The notes: generated from the sequence alone by a model not told the origin. Shown: positions 10,910 to 21,525, counted from the stretch's first letter. The stretch: DNA of 52,257 nucleotides from Candidatus Kaiserbacteria bacterium (GCA_028286585.1 JAQBRI010000001.1:1-52257); one strand, 5' to 3'. Made by a program: numbers and translations.

Positions 10910-12202
10910 ATGGCAAAAAAAATAACAAAAAAGAATAAGGTATCAGCCAAAAAAGCGCCTAAAAAGGCGTCTAAATCGGTATCTTCAAAAAAGACCGTCA
11001 AGCCAGCTACAAAGAAAGTGGCAGCAAAAGTAGCAAAACCAGTTGTAGTCCCAGTAACACTTCCAGTCAAAAAGCTCGGACGAAAGGAGCTCCCGCAGCT
11101 TGCCCGACTCGACACCAACAAGAACAAGGGTGAAAAGAAAATCACGACCCTTATTCATCTTGGACGTGAACGAGGATACATCACCTACGACGAAATCATT
11201 CGCGAATTTCCAACGATCGAATCCGATGTGGCAATGCTCGAAGACATGTACGAGCGCTTTACTGCTGCCGGCATCGACATTCTCGAAGGGGGCGGCATGC
11301 TCGACGATACGTATTCTGACAGTGTTCTCGAAAAGAAAAAATTGCAGCATCGACGCGTCGATAGTAATAGTTATGACTCGGTACAAATGTACTTGCGAGA
11401 AATTGGTCAATACCCACTTTTGAATGGAGATCAAGAAAAGGATCTTGCAAAGCGCATTATTGCTGGCGATGATGAGGCTCGCGGCGTACTTGCACGATCT
11501 AACCTTCGACTCGTTGTCTCAATTGCAAAAAAATACGTCAGTCGCTCACCGGATCTTACGCTCCTCGATCTTATTCAAGAGGGTAATCTTGGCCTCTTTA
11601 AGGCAGTTGATAAGTTTGACCACACCAAAGGATACAAGTTCTCGACCTATGCAACATGGTGGATTCGTCAGGCTATCACTCGTGCTCTAGCTGATCAGTC
11701 ACGAACTATTCGTATTCCGGTACACATGGTTGAAACAATCGCAAAATACAAACAAAAAATGCGTGAACTGAGTCAGCACTTGGGTCGTGAACCTCTTCCC
11801 GAGGAAATTGCCGCAGAAATGGGACTCGAGCTCGACAAGATTTATACCATCCAAAAAATCAATCAGGATACCGTTTCTCTCGAAAGCCCAATAGGCGAAG
11901 ACGACGATGAGCGCTCAACATTGGGTAGCTTTATTGCTGATGAATCGATTCAATCACCAGATCAAGACGCATCACATCGAATCCTTTCTGGTCAAATGCA
12001 GGCAATTCTTGAGGAGCTTTCCCCAAAGGAGCGAAAAATTCTTGAACTAAGAAACGGACTTACTGACGATGGTGTATGTCTTACACTCGAAGAAGTGGGA
12101 CGAGAATTTGGCGTTACTCGTGAACGCATCCGCCAAATCGAAGCAAAGGCTCTCGAGCGAATTCGCTTCCACGAAAAAGCAAAACAACTCCGAAGTTATT
12201 AA
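10910..12202 (+). CDS. rpoD: RNA polymerase primary sigma factor (sigma-70 family) with a Lys/Ala-rich N-terminal tail
   Basis: Region 2 ([38 protein letters not shown]), region 3, and region 4 ([24 protein letters not shown]). Classic dnaG-rpoD order. Confidence 0.95.
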   Translation: MAKKITKKNKVSAKKAPKKASKSVSSKKTVKPATKKVAAKVAKPVVVPVTLPVKKLGRKELPQLARLDTNKNKGEKKITTLIHLGRERGYITYDEIIREFPTIESDVAMLEDMYERFTAAGIDILEGGGMLDDTYSDSVLEKKKLQHRRVDSNSYDSVQMYLREIGQYPLLNGDQEKDLAKRIIAGDDEARGVLARSNLRLVVSIAKKYVSRSPDLTLLDLIQEGNLGLFKAVDKFDHTKGYKFSTYATWWIRQAITRALADQSRTIRIPVHMVETIAKYKQKMRELSQHLGREPLPEEIAAEMGLELDKIYTIQKINQDTVSLESPIGEDDDERSTLGSFIADESIQSPDQDASHRILSGQMQAILEELSPKERKILELRNGLTDDGVCLTLEEVGREFGVTRERIRQIEAKALERIRFHEKAKQLRSY

Positions 12203-12220
12203 AGTTGTGAATGTGAACAT

Positions 12221-12267
12221 ACGATAACTTATGACGACCGTCATAAGTTATCGTATATGGGGTTTTT
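12221..12267 (+). terminator. Perfect 14-bp stem hairpin after rpoD with a distal T-tract
   Basis: ACGATAACTTATGA (12221-12234) pairs with TCATAAGTTATCGT (12241-12254) around a 6-nt loop. The T-run lies at 12263-12267, 8 nt from the stem, so terminator function is less certain. Confidence 0.5.
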
Positions 12268-12316
12268 AATAGTAAAAGAACGAATACGGTGAAGGCTAAA
12301 ATGTTATAATGACAAT

Positions 12317-13222
12317 ATGACAGTTAGTAAGCATGCAAAGAAAAAGACTGCAAAAAGGAGCAAGAAAGAGCCTTTGATACCTACAGAGTATTTGATGGAT
12401 CCGCCTATCAAACATTGGAGCCATTCGTCGCTGCTCTCATTCTTGCGTAATCCATTGGTATGGTACAAGCGCTACGTTGCAAAAGTATTTGATACACCCA
12501 GCAACCCTTCGGGGATTATTGGCCGTTCTGCGCACGTTGCGCTGCAGCACTTTTATGGCGGTATCAGCAAGGAAGGGGCAATCGAACTGGGGCTCGAATA
12601 TTTGCGGAATGTGCCAGATTTCGAAATTAATTTTGGCAAGGCAAAATCCCGCAAAGCACAGCGAGAAAAGCGCCAAGCAATGGAGCGTGATTATATGCAA
12701 GCGATATCCTTTTACTTGGCAAAACCGCCGCGACACAAGGTACTCGCGGTTGAATTTTCAGGTGTCGCCCCAGTGCCTGGTTTATTACTGCCAGTAAAAG
12801 CTGTTTCGGATTTGGTTGTCGTTTCAAAAATCGATCCAACCGCAGTTGATATAGTCGACCATAAGTTTGTCGATAATTTTAGTGCACAGCGGGAGCGTAA
12901 GACACTTTTTATACTACAGGCGATATTTAATTACTACACGGTGCGCCAATATTTTGGCAAAGAAGTACGAAGGTTCATCGTATATGAGTGTAAAAAATCT
13001 CGCAACAAAAATGGCTCACCGCAGATGCGCAGATACATTATTGACTACTCTCTGCACAAAACAGAGTTTGAGCTATTTAGTCGTCTTATTCACGATGCCA
13101 CAACAGAAATTATGCGTAAGCGTTTGTACCTACCTAATCCGTCGGATATGTTTGATGGGGAACACTCGTTCGACTTGTACCGCCTCGGTATCGTAGGCGA
13201 TGATATTAGTTACGACTCTTAA
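12317..13222 (+). CDS. PD-(D/E)XK nuclease superfamily protein (RecB/Cas4-like fold, no Cys cluster)
   Basis: N-terminal WSHSSLLSFLRNPLVWYKRY, then SDLVVV...DIVDHKF (D...D-x-K) and LQAIFNYY (QxxxY). This motif order is typical of RecB-family nucleases. Assigned from motifs only. Confidence 0.55.
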   Translation: MTVSKHAKKKTAKRSKKEPLIPTEYLMDPPIKHWSHSSLLSFLRNPLVWYKRYVAKVFDTPSNPSGIIGRSAHVALQHFYGGISKEGAIELGLEYLRNVPDFEINFGKAKSRKAQREKRQAMERDYMQAISFYLAKPPRHKVLAVEFSGVAPVPGLLLPVKAVSDLVVVSKIDPTAVDIVDHKFVDNFSAQRERKTLFILQAIFNYYTVRQYFGKEVRRFIVYECKKSRNKNGSPQMRRYIIDYSLHKTEFELFSRLIHDATTEIMRKRLYLPNPSDMFDGEHSFDLYRLGIVGDDISYDS

Positions 13223-13736
13223 CCTTGAGCTTGGTCTGACGCTTTTTGTTGATCTTTGGAAGGCGGATGATAAGAACACCATGCTTTTCGCTCGCTTCTG
13301 CCAAGTCTACATCGACTTCTTCAGGAAGGAGAATGGTGCGTGTAAATGAACCCCAGTAAAGTTCTCGTTGGAAATAATTGTCCTCATCTACTTCGCGCTC
13401 GTCTTCGCGGGATCCCGAGATGGTAAGCATTTCGCGAGTAAGTGCAATATCTACCACTCCTGGCTGCACACCTGCAAGAAACGCTTTGATTACGATAGAG
13501 TCCGGAGTCTGATAGACATCCATAGCAAGTTCGCCAAGTGGCTCTGCTTCTTTGTTCCAGTCGTCGTGACTCGATACATGCGGATGTCGCTCGATTGTGT
13601 TGCCGCCAAATGATGAAGGGCGCGTATCTCGCGGCTCTGGGATGTCGTACTCTTCTTCGTACTGTGGTTCATCGGCAGATCCGGTGAGTCGTGAGAGAAA
13701 TGATGGTCTTTTCATACTTTGATTATTGCGTTTCAT
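13206..13736 (-). CDS. Hsp20/alpha-crystallin family small heat-shock protein
   Basis: Alpha-crystallin domain: MDVYQTPDSIVIKAFLAGV...LTISGSRE...GSFTRTILLPEEVD...GVLIIRLPK. Confidence 0.88.
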   Translation of the reverse strand: MKRNNQSMKRPSFLSRLTGSADEPQYEEEYDIPEPRDTRPSSFGGNTIERHPHVSSHDDWNKEAEPLGELAMDVYQTPDSIVIKAFLAGVQPGVVDIALTREMLTISGSREDEREVDEDNYFQRELYWGSFTRTILLPEEVDVDLAEASEKHGVLIIRLPKINKKRQTKLKVKSRN

Positions 13737-14439
13737 CTATAATAACATTATTTTGAGGCTTGATGCGTTTGATCCACTCGATGAGTGCAAACATAAGTAT
13801 AATACATACCCAGAGCACAATAAAAGTTTTCATAACTGATGCGCCTGGTGAATTAAGTATACGCACATTAAAGAGTGCGTGCAAAAGTCCTGCGAGGATA
13901 ACTCCCACGGTAGCTATTACTATCTTTTTTACGCGGCCGCCATAATAAGCAAGTCCAAGTGCTGCGCCAATAACGCTTGATGCTAGTACATGCAGCAATG
14001 TTGCACCCATAAATCGCAGATTGCCAGTGATGATAAGTGCCGCAAGTGATGTTCCTCCAAGCGGGCTCGACAAAAAGAGCGCGTTTTCTGCTGCTGCAAA
14101 ACCCAGCGCCACCACCACCATATAAATAAGTGAATCAATTGGTTCGTCGTCTTCATCGCGCCACAAGACGGTGAGCAATGCTGCGCCAAATTTTACAATC
14201 TCTTCGATATAAGCCCATACGGTATACAACTCGGTCTGGCCGGTAATATATGTTTGTACGAATTGTTCGACAGGTACCGCAATAGTTACGCTGGCCATAC
14301 CGGCAAGAAAGGCGAGAGCAATAAGCTTTCGCGGTTCAGGATGTTCGGCATCCTCGCGAAGCCAAAACCAAAGCCATAGAATGGCCGGGAAAAAGCCACC
14401 AATAAGTGCGACTCCTGCAACATGCAATGTGTTTTCCAT
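13723..14439 (-). CDS. prsW: PrsW-family intramembrane metalloprotease
   Basis: Multi-pass membrane protein with PEPRKL, EEIVKFGA, GFAAAENALF and TLLHVLASS motifs characteristic of PrsW. Overlaps the hsp20 start by 14 nt. Confidence 0.75.
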   Translation of the reverse strand: MENTLHVAGVALIGGFFPAILWLWFWLREDAEHPEPRKLIALAFLAGMASVTIAVPVEQFVQTYITGQTELYTVWAYIEEIVKFGAALLTVLWRDEDDEPIDSLIYMVVVALGFAAAENALFLSSPLGGTSLAALIITGNLRFMGATLLHVLASSVIGAALGLAYYGGRVKKIVIATVGVILAGLLHALFNVRILNSPGASVMKTFIVLWVCIILMFALIEWIKRIKPQNNVIIDETQ

Positions 14440-14442
14440 AGA

Positions 14443-16611
14443 TTACTTACTTGTTGGCCATTCAGCCACCATAAGTATATCAGTATCTTTTTGCGGTAGT
14501 TTCTGCCAAATAGCTTCTGTAACAAACGGCATAAACGGATGCAGAAGCTTGAGTGAGATGATAAGTATTTCGTAGAGCGCTTTCTGTTTTGATGCTTTTT
14601 CTTCTGATGCCTCACCTTTAAGTATATGCTTTGATTCTTCTAGAACTTCTGCAGCAAATCGGCCCCACACATAGTGGTATGTGGCATCTCCGGCAAGGTC
14701 AAGTCTGAATTTGTCGATATGAGTAGTAACTTCTGTAGCGAGCGTACGAGCTTCATCAACAAGTTTTTGATCCGCTTCGTTGAGACTAGTTTGAAGTGCA
14801 GCAACATCAAAGTTTTCCAAAACAAATCGCGTAATATTCCACAATTTATTTGCAAAGTGCTTAAACCCACGAACACGGTCTTCAGAAAGTTTAATGTCGG
14901 TTCCCGGTGCAGATCCCATAACGAGCGAAAGACGAGTAGCATCAGCGCCGTATTTTTCGATCATGACAAGCGGATCGATGATATTACCGAGACTTTTAGA
15001 CATCTTACGACCCTGCCCATCGCGAACTAAACCGTGGAGATATACATTTTTAAAAGGTACTTCGCCTACAAGATATGTTGACATAAGAATCATGCGTGCC
15101 ACCCAAAAGAAAAGAATGTCGTAGCCTGTTTCAAGTACGTTAGTCGGATGAAATGTTTTAAGGTCATTCGTTTTATCCGGCCAGCCGAGAGTTGAGAATG
15201 TCCACAAACCTGATGAGAACCAAGTATCAAGTACATCTTCGTCTTGCTGCCAGCCTTCGCCGGGTGAGTCGATTTGAACTTTGACTTCATCATTTTTAAA
15301 CCAGGCGGGAATACGATGTCCAAACCAGATTTGTCGTGAAATGTTCCAGTCACGTAAATTATCTATCCAGTGATAGTAGGTGCGCTCATACCGCTCGGGC
15401 ATAATATTGATACTTTTGTTTTCGACAACTTCACGCATCTTTTGTTTAAGACTTGCGAGTCCACCGTCAGGGAATGTGACCTCTTTGTTAACATCGATAA
15501 ACCACTGCTTTTTGATTTGCGGTTCGATAACACCTCCGCCGCGATAACTTGTCGCAATATTATGCACATAATTTTCATCAATTTTTACTACGAGACCTTT
15601 TGCCTGTAATTTTTCTACAATGAGAGAACGTGCTTTTTTGATGTGCATGCCCGCAAATTCTCCGGCGATAGGTAACAGTATTCCACGCTCATCAATAACC
15701 TGCTCAACATCAAGCCCATGTCGCTGCGCTATTTCAAAGTCTACTCCAGAATGTGCCGGTGTAATTGTCATCACACCCGTTCCTGTTTCCATGTCGGCAG
15801 CTTCGTCTTTGATGACTGTGGCCGTAAGCGGCCCGTTAATCCATTCGAGTTCTATTTTCTGCCCATGTGAGTATTGCGCGAACCTTTCATCTCGCGGATT
15901 CATCACAACATACTTGTCACCAAACTTTGTCTCGGGACGCACGGTACCTATAACAAATGGACCATATTGGAAATAATAAAACGGATCTTTTTGTTCGACA
16001 TACTCTATTTCGTCATCAGCTACAGTGGTCTGGCCTTTCGGATCCCAGTTTACTATTCGGTTGCCGCGATAAATAAGTCCGGCGTCGTACATGCGTACAA
16101 AGGCTTCCATCACCGCTTTGTAGCGTGTGTCATCGAGTGTATATGCGTAGCGACTCCAATCGAGACTGCTACCCATGTGTTTTACCTGGTTGATGATTGT
16201 TGTTTTGCTTTCATCGGTAAACTCTTCGATGCGGCGCAGTAGTTCTTCGCGGCCGAGTTCGTACCGTGTTTTCTTTTCTTTTTTGTAGATTTCGCCCTCT
16301 ACTTTTGACTGCGTAGCAATAGCGGCGCTGTCGGTTCCTGGGAGCCAAAGCGTGCGCTTTCCCTGCATACGTGCTGTTCGAATAAGAATATCTTCAATAG
16401 CGAGCATTGCGGCATGACCCATGTGTAGTGTGCCTGTTACGTTTGGCGGGGGAAGCACAATAGTGTACGCCTCTTTTCTGTTTCCCGGGAGATTATCGGG
16501 ATTAAAGTATCCGCTGCCTTCCCATATGTTGTAGATGCTCGATTCGTGGTCTTGTGAGTTGTATGGTTTAAGAAATTCCTCGGGGATATTATGCAAATTT
16601 TCCATTGACAT
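14443..16611 (-). CDS. valS: Valine--tRNA ligase (short form, 722 aa)
   Basis: PPPNVTGTLHMGHA (HIGH region typical of ValRS) and KMSKS. The ORF ends soon after the anticodon-binding helical region, with no long C-terminal coiled coil. Confidence 0.9.
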   Translation of the reverse strand: MSMENLHNIPEEFLKPYNSQDHESSIYNIWEGSGYFNPDNLPGNRKEAYTIVLPPPNVTGTLHMGHAAMLAIEDILIRTARMQGKRTLWLPGTDSAAIATQSKVEGEIYKKEKKTRYELGREELLRRIEEFTDESKTTIINQVKHMGSSLDWSRYAYTLDDTRYKAVMEAFVRMYDAGLIYRGNRIVNWDPKGQTTVADDEIEYVEQKDPFYYFQYGPFVIGTVRPETKFGDKYVVMNPRDERFAQYSHGQKIELEWINGPLTATVIKDEAADMETGTGVMTITPAHSGVDFEIAQRHGLDVEQVIDERGILLPIAGEFAGMHIKKARSLIVEKLQAKGLVVKIDENYVHNIATSYRGGGVIEPQIKKQWFIDVNKEVTFPDGGLASLKQKMREVVENKSINIMPERYERTYYHWIDNLRDWNISRQIWFGHRIPAWFKNDEVKVQIDSPGEGWQQDEDVLDTWFSSGLWTFSTLGWPDKTNDLKTFHPTNVLETGYDILFFWVARMILMSTYLVGEVPFKNVYLHGLVRDGQGRKMSKSLGNIIDPLVMIEKYGADATRLSLVMGSAPGTDIKLSEDRVRGFKHFANKLWNITRFVLENFDVAALQTSLNEADQKLVDEARTLATEVTTHIDKFRLDLAGDATYHYVWGRFAAEVLEESKHILKGEASEEKASKQKALYEILIISLKLLHPFMPFVTEAIWQKLPQKDTDILMVAEWPTSK

Positions 16612-16712
16612 ATACTACCATATTGAGCCATATTGTGGCTATTTCAAAGCATCTAAATATATGATACGTTGAATACAGAAATCCACTCCATAACCTCTGA
16701 AGGAGGTAACAG

Positions 16713-17585
16713 ATGTACGTTGACTTCCTTGCGGAGACACTCATATTCATGAGACATCCGGAATCACTCCTTAATCGTTTGTCCGACTTGGCAAAACAGG
16801 GAGATACAGGTTGGCTGGAATTGTTTAAACCAGTCCAGGTAAGTATCCCAGAACATGATCGAGTACTAGATGAGCGCCTTTTGCGGAACATTCAGAATAC
16901 CGATTATGGAAAACTTCCGCACGGTCCTTTAGACAGCCGTCTAACACCTCTTACGACTACGACAACCAAGAGTCGCAAACAGTATGCAGGAACAATAAAC
17001 GGGAAAAAGCAAGCAAAAAAGACCGGAAAATGGTTGAGGGAGCATTTTCCTCGTTGTGACCATGTATATGACTCTGGGTTTAAAAGAGTCAAAGAAGGCT
17101 TGCGTCTTATGGGATATACGGACTCAATCACAGACGAGAGGCTCGCCGAGTATGATCATGGTGATTGGGAGTTTCTTTCGCAGGCCGAACGACTGGCACT
17201 TGCAACTTCGAATGAGGCTTTTAGCGGATACATTACTGACCCGTATCACTTTGCACCTCCGAATGGGCATTCGTTTGCCTATGACGAACACGAGCTGGTC
17301 ATTCCATTCCTCAAGGATATCGCAAAAGTTGATGCAAAAATAATTCTTTGCGGAACGCATGGCATTAAGTTGCAGCTAATACGCAAATTGTTTGAGCATC
17401 AAACCGAAGAGGAATTTTTGCGGGATAACAATGACAAAGCAAAGCGCTTTGAGAATTGTGAATTGCTCATCTATACCCGTCGCTCACCAAAGAGTCAGCG
17501 CCTGTATAAAAAAATGCGATACGTGCGAAGGGTATTGCCTTGGAAAATGGAATCAACTACAGAATGGAGACTGATCATTACATAA
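16713..17585 (+). CDS. Histidine phosphatase superfamily protein (atypical RHPES motif)
   Basis: LIFMRHPES replaces the canonical RHGE. A second catalytic His lies in CGTHGIK. Strong RBS GAAGGAGG upstream. Paralogous to the next gene. Confidence 0.6.
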   Translation: MYVDFLAETLIFMRHPESLLNRLSDLAKQGDTGWLELFKPVQVSIPEHDRVLDERLLRNIQNTDYGKLPHGPLDSRLTPLTTTTTKSRKQYAGTINGKKQAKKTGKWLREHFPRCDHVYDSGFKRVKEGLRLMGYTDSITDERLAEYDHGDWEFLSQAERLALATSNEAFSGYITDPYHFAPPNGHSFAYDEHELVIPFLKDIAKVDAKIILCGTHGIKLQLIRKLFEHQTEEEFLRDNNDKAKRFENCELLIYTRRSPKSQRLYKKMRYVRRVLPWKMESTTEWRLIIT

Positions 17586-17586
17586 A

Positions 17587-17612
17587 ACCGCGCTGCTTGT
17601 CAGCGCGGTTTT
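17587..17612 (+). terminator. Intrinsic terminator
   Basis: ACCGCGCTG-CTTGT-CAGCGCGGT followed by TTTT. Confidence 0.7.
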
Positions 17613-17706
17613 CGTAGTATATGCAATATAATCTTTTCTTTTGACACTGATCAATTTTTTCTATATAGTCAAAATAGATACGGTAATAAGAGCGGGGGAC
17701 AAAACT

Positions 17707-18447
17707 ATGTCGGAATTACCAGAGCTGGTAGTCGCTATGCGGCATGCTGAGAGTGAAAGAAACAAAGCTGCTGCAGCTGCACGAAAAGGGGATCTTTCGC
17801 TGCATCTGGCAACGATCCAAACGCATGATCACCTCTGTTCGATAACTGAAAGAGGCAAAAGGCAGGCAAAAAGTGCGCAAGATTGGCTTGCTAAAAAGAA
17901 GCTACATTTTGACAAGATAATCCATTCACCAATTCAGCGTGTGCCGGAAACACTTACCGAAGTGTTTGGAAGTTACTGGAAAGGAGACGTTGATCATAGA
18001 CTCATGGAGCGTCGCTTAGGATCTCCGCTCGAGAATATGCTCCATGTCGATAGATTAAAGTTGGCAGCAACAGATTCGCGATTCTCTGCCTCCGTCGATG
18101 ATGCGTTTAATTATTCTCCGCCGGGAGGTAATTCATTTGCCACAATGCTCGAAGAAACAAAAGACTTCTTCGAAAGTCTCAAGAACTGTGATGCACATGC
18201 CGTCTTTCTTGGTACCCACAGCATGCGCATGCGAATAATTCGCATGTTTGTGGAGAACCAGACGCCAGATCAGATGATTGAACACATTGATGATTTTGAA
18301 CACGGGTTTCAGAACTGCGAGATGTATTTTATGTCTCGAGTTTCGCCGTTTGATGATAATCAGACATTCCCCAACTACCAATTTGTACGGCGGGTGAATC
18401 CTTACGACGAATCAAGAACGACAGGTTGGAGGCAATTGCTCTACTGA
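17707..18447 (+). CDS. Histidine phosphatase superfamily protein (atypical RHAES motif)
   Basis: LVVAMRHAESERN, ITERGKRQA, LGTHSMRM. ATG 17707 (RBS GGGGGA upstream) is preferred over the TTG at 17641 used by the ORF track. C-terminal FVRRVNPY...GWR resembles YVRRVLPW...EWR of the upstream paralog. Confidence 0.6.
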   Translation: MSELPELVVAMRHAESERNKAAAAARKGDLSLHLATIQTHDHLCSITERGKRQAKSAQDWLAKKKLHFDKIIHSPIQRVPETLTEVFGSYWKGDVDHRLMERRLGSPLENMLHVDRLKLAATDSRFSASVDDAFNYSPPGGNSFATMLEETKDFFESLKNCDAHAVFLGTHSMRMRIIRMFVENQTPDQMIEHIDDFEHGFQNCEMYFMSRVSPFDDNQTFPNYQFVRRVNPYDESRTTGWRQLLY

Positions 18448-18466
18448 TCTTCGGAGATTGCGACCT

Positions 18467-18499
18467 TCGCGCGGTACAAAAATGCCGCGCGATTTTTTT
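18467..18499 (+). terminator. Intrinsic terminator between convergent genes
   Basis: TCGCGCGG (18467-18474) pairs with CCGCGCGA (18485-18492), followed by TTTTTTT. Confidence 0.65.
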
Positions 18500-18511
18500 A
18501 TAATTCCTACA

Positions 18512-19708
18512 CTATGTTAATTTCAAATTTCCCTCGGCGCGCAAGGTGTTTGGGTCGGCGAATTCTTTTTTGAGTGCATGAAAATATCCGGCCATACCTA
18601 TCATGATCGCATTATCAGTCGCAAGCTCTGGTTGCGGCACGAGTAACTCCGCAGTGTTTTTGAGTGTTTCACTCAGTTGTCGTCGGATATGAATATTAGC
18701 AGAGACACCGCCGCCTACCACTACTGTTTGCACCCCAAATTCCTCGACCGCCTTTATTGTTTTTGCAATCAAAACATCTGCGGCAGCATCTTCGAATTCA
18801 CGAGCAAATTGCTGCAGCTCAACATCGGTAAATGTCTCTTTGGATTCAACAACACGTCTGACTGCGGTCTTAAGTCCTGAAAAAGAAAAATCATATGAAT
18901 TGTCATGAATCATTGGGCGAGGCAGAATCATACTCATAGGCGTTGCTTCAAGTTTGTTAGCGCGTGCAATTTCTGCAAGCCGACTGATCTCGGGCCCGCC
19001 GGGATAGGGGAGTTTGAGCAGTCGTGCAACTTTATCGAATGCCTCACCGACTGCATCGTCACGGGTTTGTCCAACTAGTCTGTAATGCAAAGGCACGCCA
19101 TGAGTATTATTTTCACTCGGTTCGGCTAATACTAGTTCTGTATGACCACCCGAAATAAGAAGCGCCAGAAGTGGATAGGAAATCGGCTTGAGCGAATACG
19201 TTTCATCATGCTGCTCGAGTGCAGAAATAATAATGTGACCCTCCATGTGATTAACTGCAACTATTGGAATATTCCAAGCGAGCGAAAGCGCCTTGGCAAA
19301 GTTGATTCCTACCCAAAGCGCGGGCTCGAGTCCAGGGCCGTAGGTTACTGCGATGCAATCAACTCTTGGTTTACCATACGTTTCCAAAAATACTTTTAGC
19401 TGCTCAAAGAGTTCAGGCTCGCGATCCAATATTTTTTGAATATATTCAAATGCATGTGGCAATTCTGCATTCTCAGTAAGTTCATCGGCTTGAGTAAGGC
19501 ATTGCGTGAGCATGGGAACAAGGTTATGAATATGTTCGCGTTTTGCCAAGTTGGGATAGACTCCACCATACTCTGCATGCACTGCAATCTGACTATAAAG
19601 CGCGTTTCCCAGGACTCGCGCCTCAAAAGGAGTAGTATCAGCTCCTGTTGCTTCTATAAGGGACACTGCTGTTTCGTCGCAGGAGGTTTCGATGGAGAGG
19701 ATTCTCAT
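18512..19708 (-). CDS. tsaD: tRNA N6-adenosine threonylcarbamoyltransferase (Kae1/TsaD family)
   Basis: MRILSIETSCDETAVSLIE, HMEGHI, LISGGHTEL, VVVGGGVSAN. Confidence 0.9.
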   Translation of the reverse strand: MRILSIETSCDETAVSLIEATGADTTPFEARVLGNALYSQIAVHAEYGGVYPNLAKREHIHNLVPMLTQCLTQADELTENAELPHAFEYIQKILDREPELFEQLKVFLETYGKPRVDCIAVTYGPGLEPALWVGINFAKALSLAWNIPIVAVNHMEGHIIISALEQHDETYSLKPISYPLLALLISGGHTELVLAEPSENNTHGVPLHYRLVGQTRDDAVGEAFDKVARLLKLPYPGGPEISRLAEIARANKLEATPMSMILPRPMIHDNSYDFSFSGLKTAVRRVVESKETFTDVELQQFAREFEDAAADVLIAKTIKAVEEFGVQTVVVGGGVSANIHIRRQLSETLKNTAELLVPQPELATDNAIMIGMAGYFHALKKEFADPNTLRAEGNLKLT

Positions 19709-19728
19709 ATGCCAGATTTTAGCGCATA

Positions 19729-21525
19729 ATGGTCTTTATGGAAACAAAAGTCATTGCCCCTGCATCTGATGTGTTCAAAAGGTTTGTTCCTGCAACAATA
19801 AAACATCCATTTCTTTTGTTTAGTGCACTAGGAAGTTCTATTGGTATCGAATTGGCTCAACTTGCGTCGCCTTGGTACATGCGGCAATTCTTCAATATTT
19901 TGTCACTCGGTCCAAACAGTTCCTTGAGTTCACAGTTGGTGCACCTCATTGCTATCATTGCGGGTTTTTTGTTCGTGGTCTGGTTTTTTAGAAGGACCCG
20001 CGGTTGGTCACAGGTATATTTGGAAACTAAGGTAATGAATGAGCTTTCTCAGAATGCATTTGAATATCTTTTGAGGCACTCTACTCACTTTTTCTCATCA
20101 AATTTTACGGGCACGCTTACGCGGAAAGTAACCAAATATAAAGATGCATTTGAGTCACTATTCGATGCCCTGATGTTTAGCTTTTTACCACTAACAGTGT
20201 ATGTAATTGGAGCGATTATTATTCTCTTCAGTCGAAGTCATTTGCTCGGTCTCATATTGGCATTTTGGACTGTTGTGCTGCTCATTTTTCAATATATAGC
20301 AACAAACATGCGTCAACCTTTGCGTGAGGATCGCGCAAATGCTGATAGCGCCGTAGTCGGCGTAATTTCTGACTCACTATCAAATCATAGCGCCGTTGTA
20401 GCATTTTCTGGAGCAAAAGATGAGAGTTTTTTATTCCAAAATGCTATTGCTCGATGGAAACGGGCTGCAACCCGATCTTGGATAGCAGATGAAAATATCT
20501 GGACGGTACAGGGACTTATTATGATTATTGTGAATGTGAGTCTTTTATATGGCACCTATATCTTTTGGACTCGAGGGGAGCTGCAAATAGGAGACTTCGT
20601 GCTTGTTCAAGCATACCTCATTGGGACCTTTGAACAGCTCATGTCTATCAACAGAGATTTACGTCGAGTATATGATGCGCTTGCCGATGCGGGGGAAATG
20701 GTCCACATATTAAATTCAACTCATGAAATTCTAGACATTCCTGGTGCAGATACACTTCATGTGGATACAGGCCTGGTTTCGTTTAAAGACGTATCATTCT
20801 ATTTCGATGAAAACAGAACCATTCTCAAAAATCTAACGGTCAGTTTGTTGCCTGGCCAAAAAGTCGCACTTGTCGGTCCAAGTGGAGCAGGAAAATCCAC
20901 CATTACCAAACTTCTACTGCGCTTATTTGACGTAAGGTCTGGATCCGTAACTATAGATGGGCAAAATATTGCTGAAGTAACTCAAACAAGCTTGCGTGAT
21001 GCGATAGGATTTGTGCCGCAAGAACCGGTACTCTTTCACCGATCACTCATGGAAAATATTCGCTACGGCAAGCGTGACGCTACAGACGAAGAGGTGATCG
21101 CCGCTGCAAAAAAAGCCCACTGTCATGAATTTATTTCTAAACTATCATCACAATACGATACGTTGGTAGGAGAGCGAGGTATCAAACTTTCGGGAGGGGA
21201 ACGCCAGCGTGTTGCTATTGCCCGCGCAATACTCAAGAACGCACCCATATTGGTATTGGATGAAGCGACATCGAGTCTTGATTCGGAGTCGGAATCATAC
21301 ATTCAAGAATCTCTTGCAATATTGATGCAGGGGAAAACGGTGCTCGTTATTGCGCATCGTCTTTCAACTATTATGAATATGGATCGCATTCTCGTTATCA
21401 ACCATGGTGCAGTTGTCGCAGACGATACTCATTCGCAACTGCTCAAACAAGACGGACTGTATCAAAAATTGTGGAATATACAGGCAGGGGGCTTTATTCC
21501 AGAAACAGAGGAATCAGACGTTTAA
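19729..21525 (+). CDS. ABC transporter, fused permease/ATP-binding (MsbA-like exporter)
   Basis: N-terminal 6-TM domain, then Walker A GPSGAGKST, signature LSGGERQR and Walker B ILVLDEATS. Start may be the ATG at 19738. Confidence 0.9.
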   Translation: MVFMETKVIAPASDVFKRFVPATIKHPFLLFSALGSSIGIELAQLASPWYMRQFFNILSLGPNSSLSSQLVHLIAIIAGFLFVVWFFRRTRGWSQVYLETKVMNELSQNAFEYLLRHSTHFFSSNFTGTLTRKVTKYKDAFESLFDALMFSFLPLTVYVIGAIIILFSRSHLLGLILAFWTVVLLIFQYIATNMRQPLREDRANADSAVVGVISDSLSNHSAVVAFSGAKDESFLFQNAIARWKRAATRSWIADENIWTVQGLIMIIVNVSLLYGTYIFWTRGELQIGDFVLVQAYLIGTFEQLMSINRDLRRVYDALADAGEMVHILNSTHEILDIPGADTLHVDTGLVSFKDVSFYFDENRTILKNLTVSLLPGQKVALVGPSGAGKSTITKLLLRLFDVRSGSVTIDGQNIAEVTQTSLRDAIGFVPQEPVLFHRSLMENIRYGKRDATDEEVIAAAKKAHCHEFISKLSSQYDTLVGERGIKLSGGERQRVAIARAILKNAPILVLDEATSSLDSESESYIQESLAILMQGKTVLVIAHRLSTIMNMDRILVINHGAVVADDTHSQLLKQDGLYQKLWNIQAGGFIPETEESDV

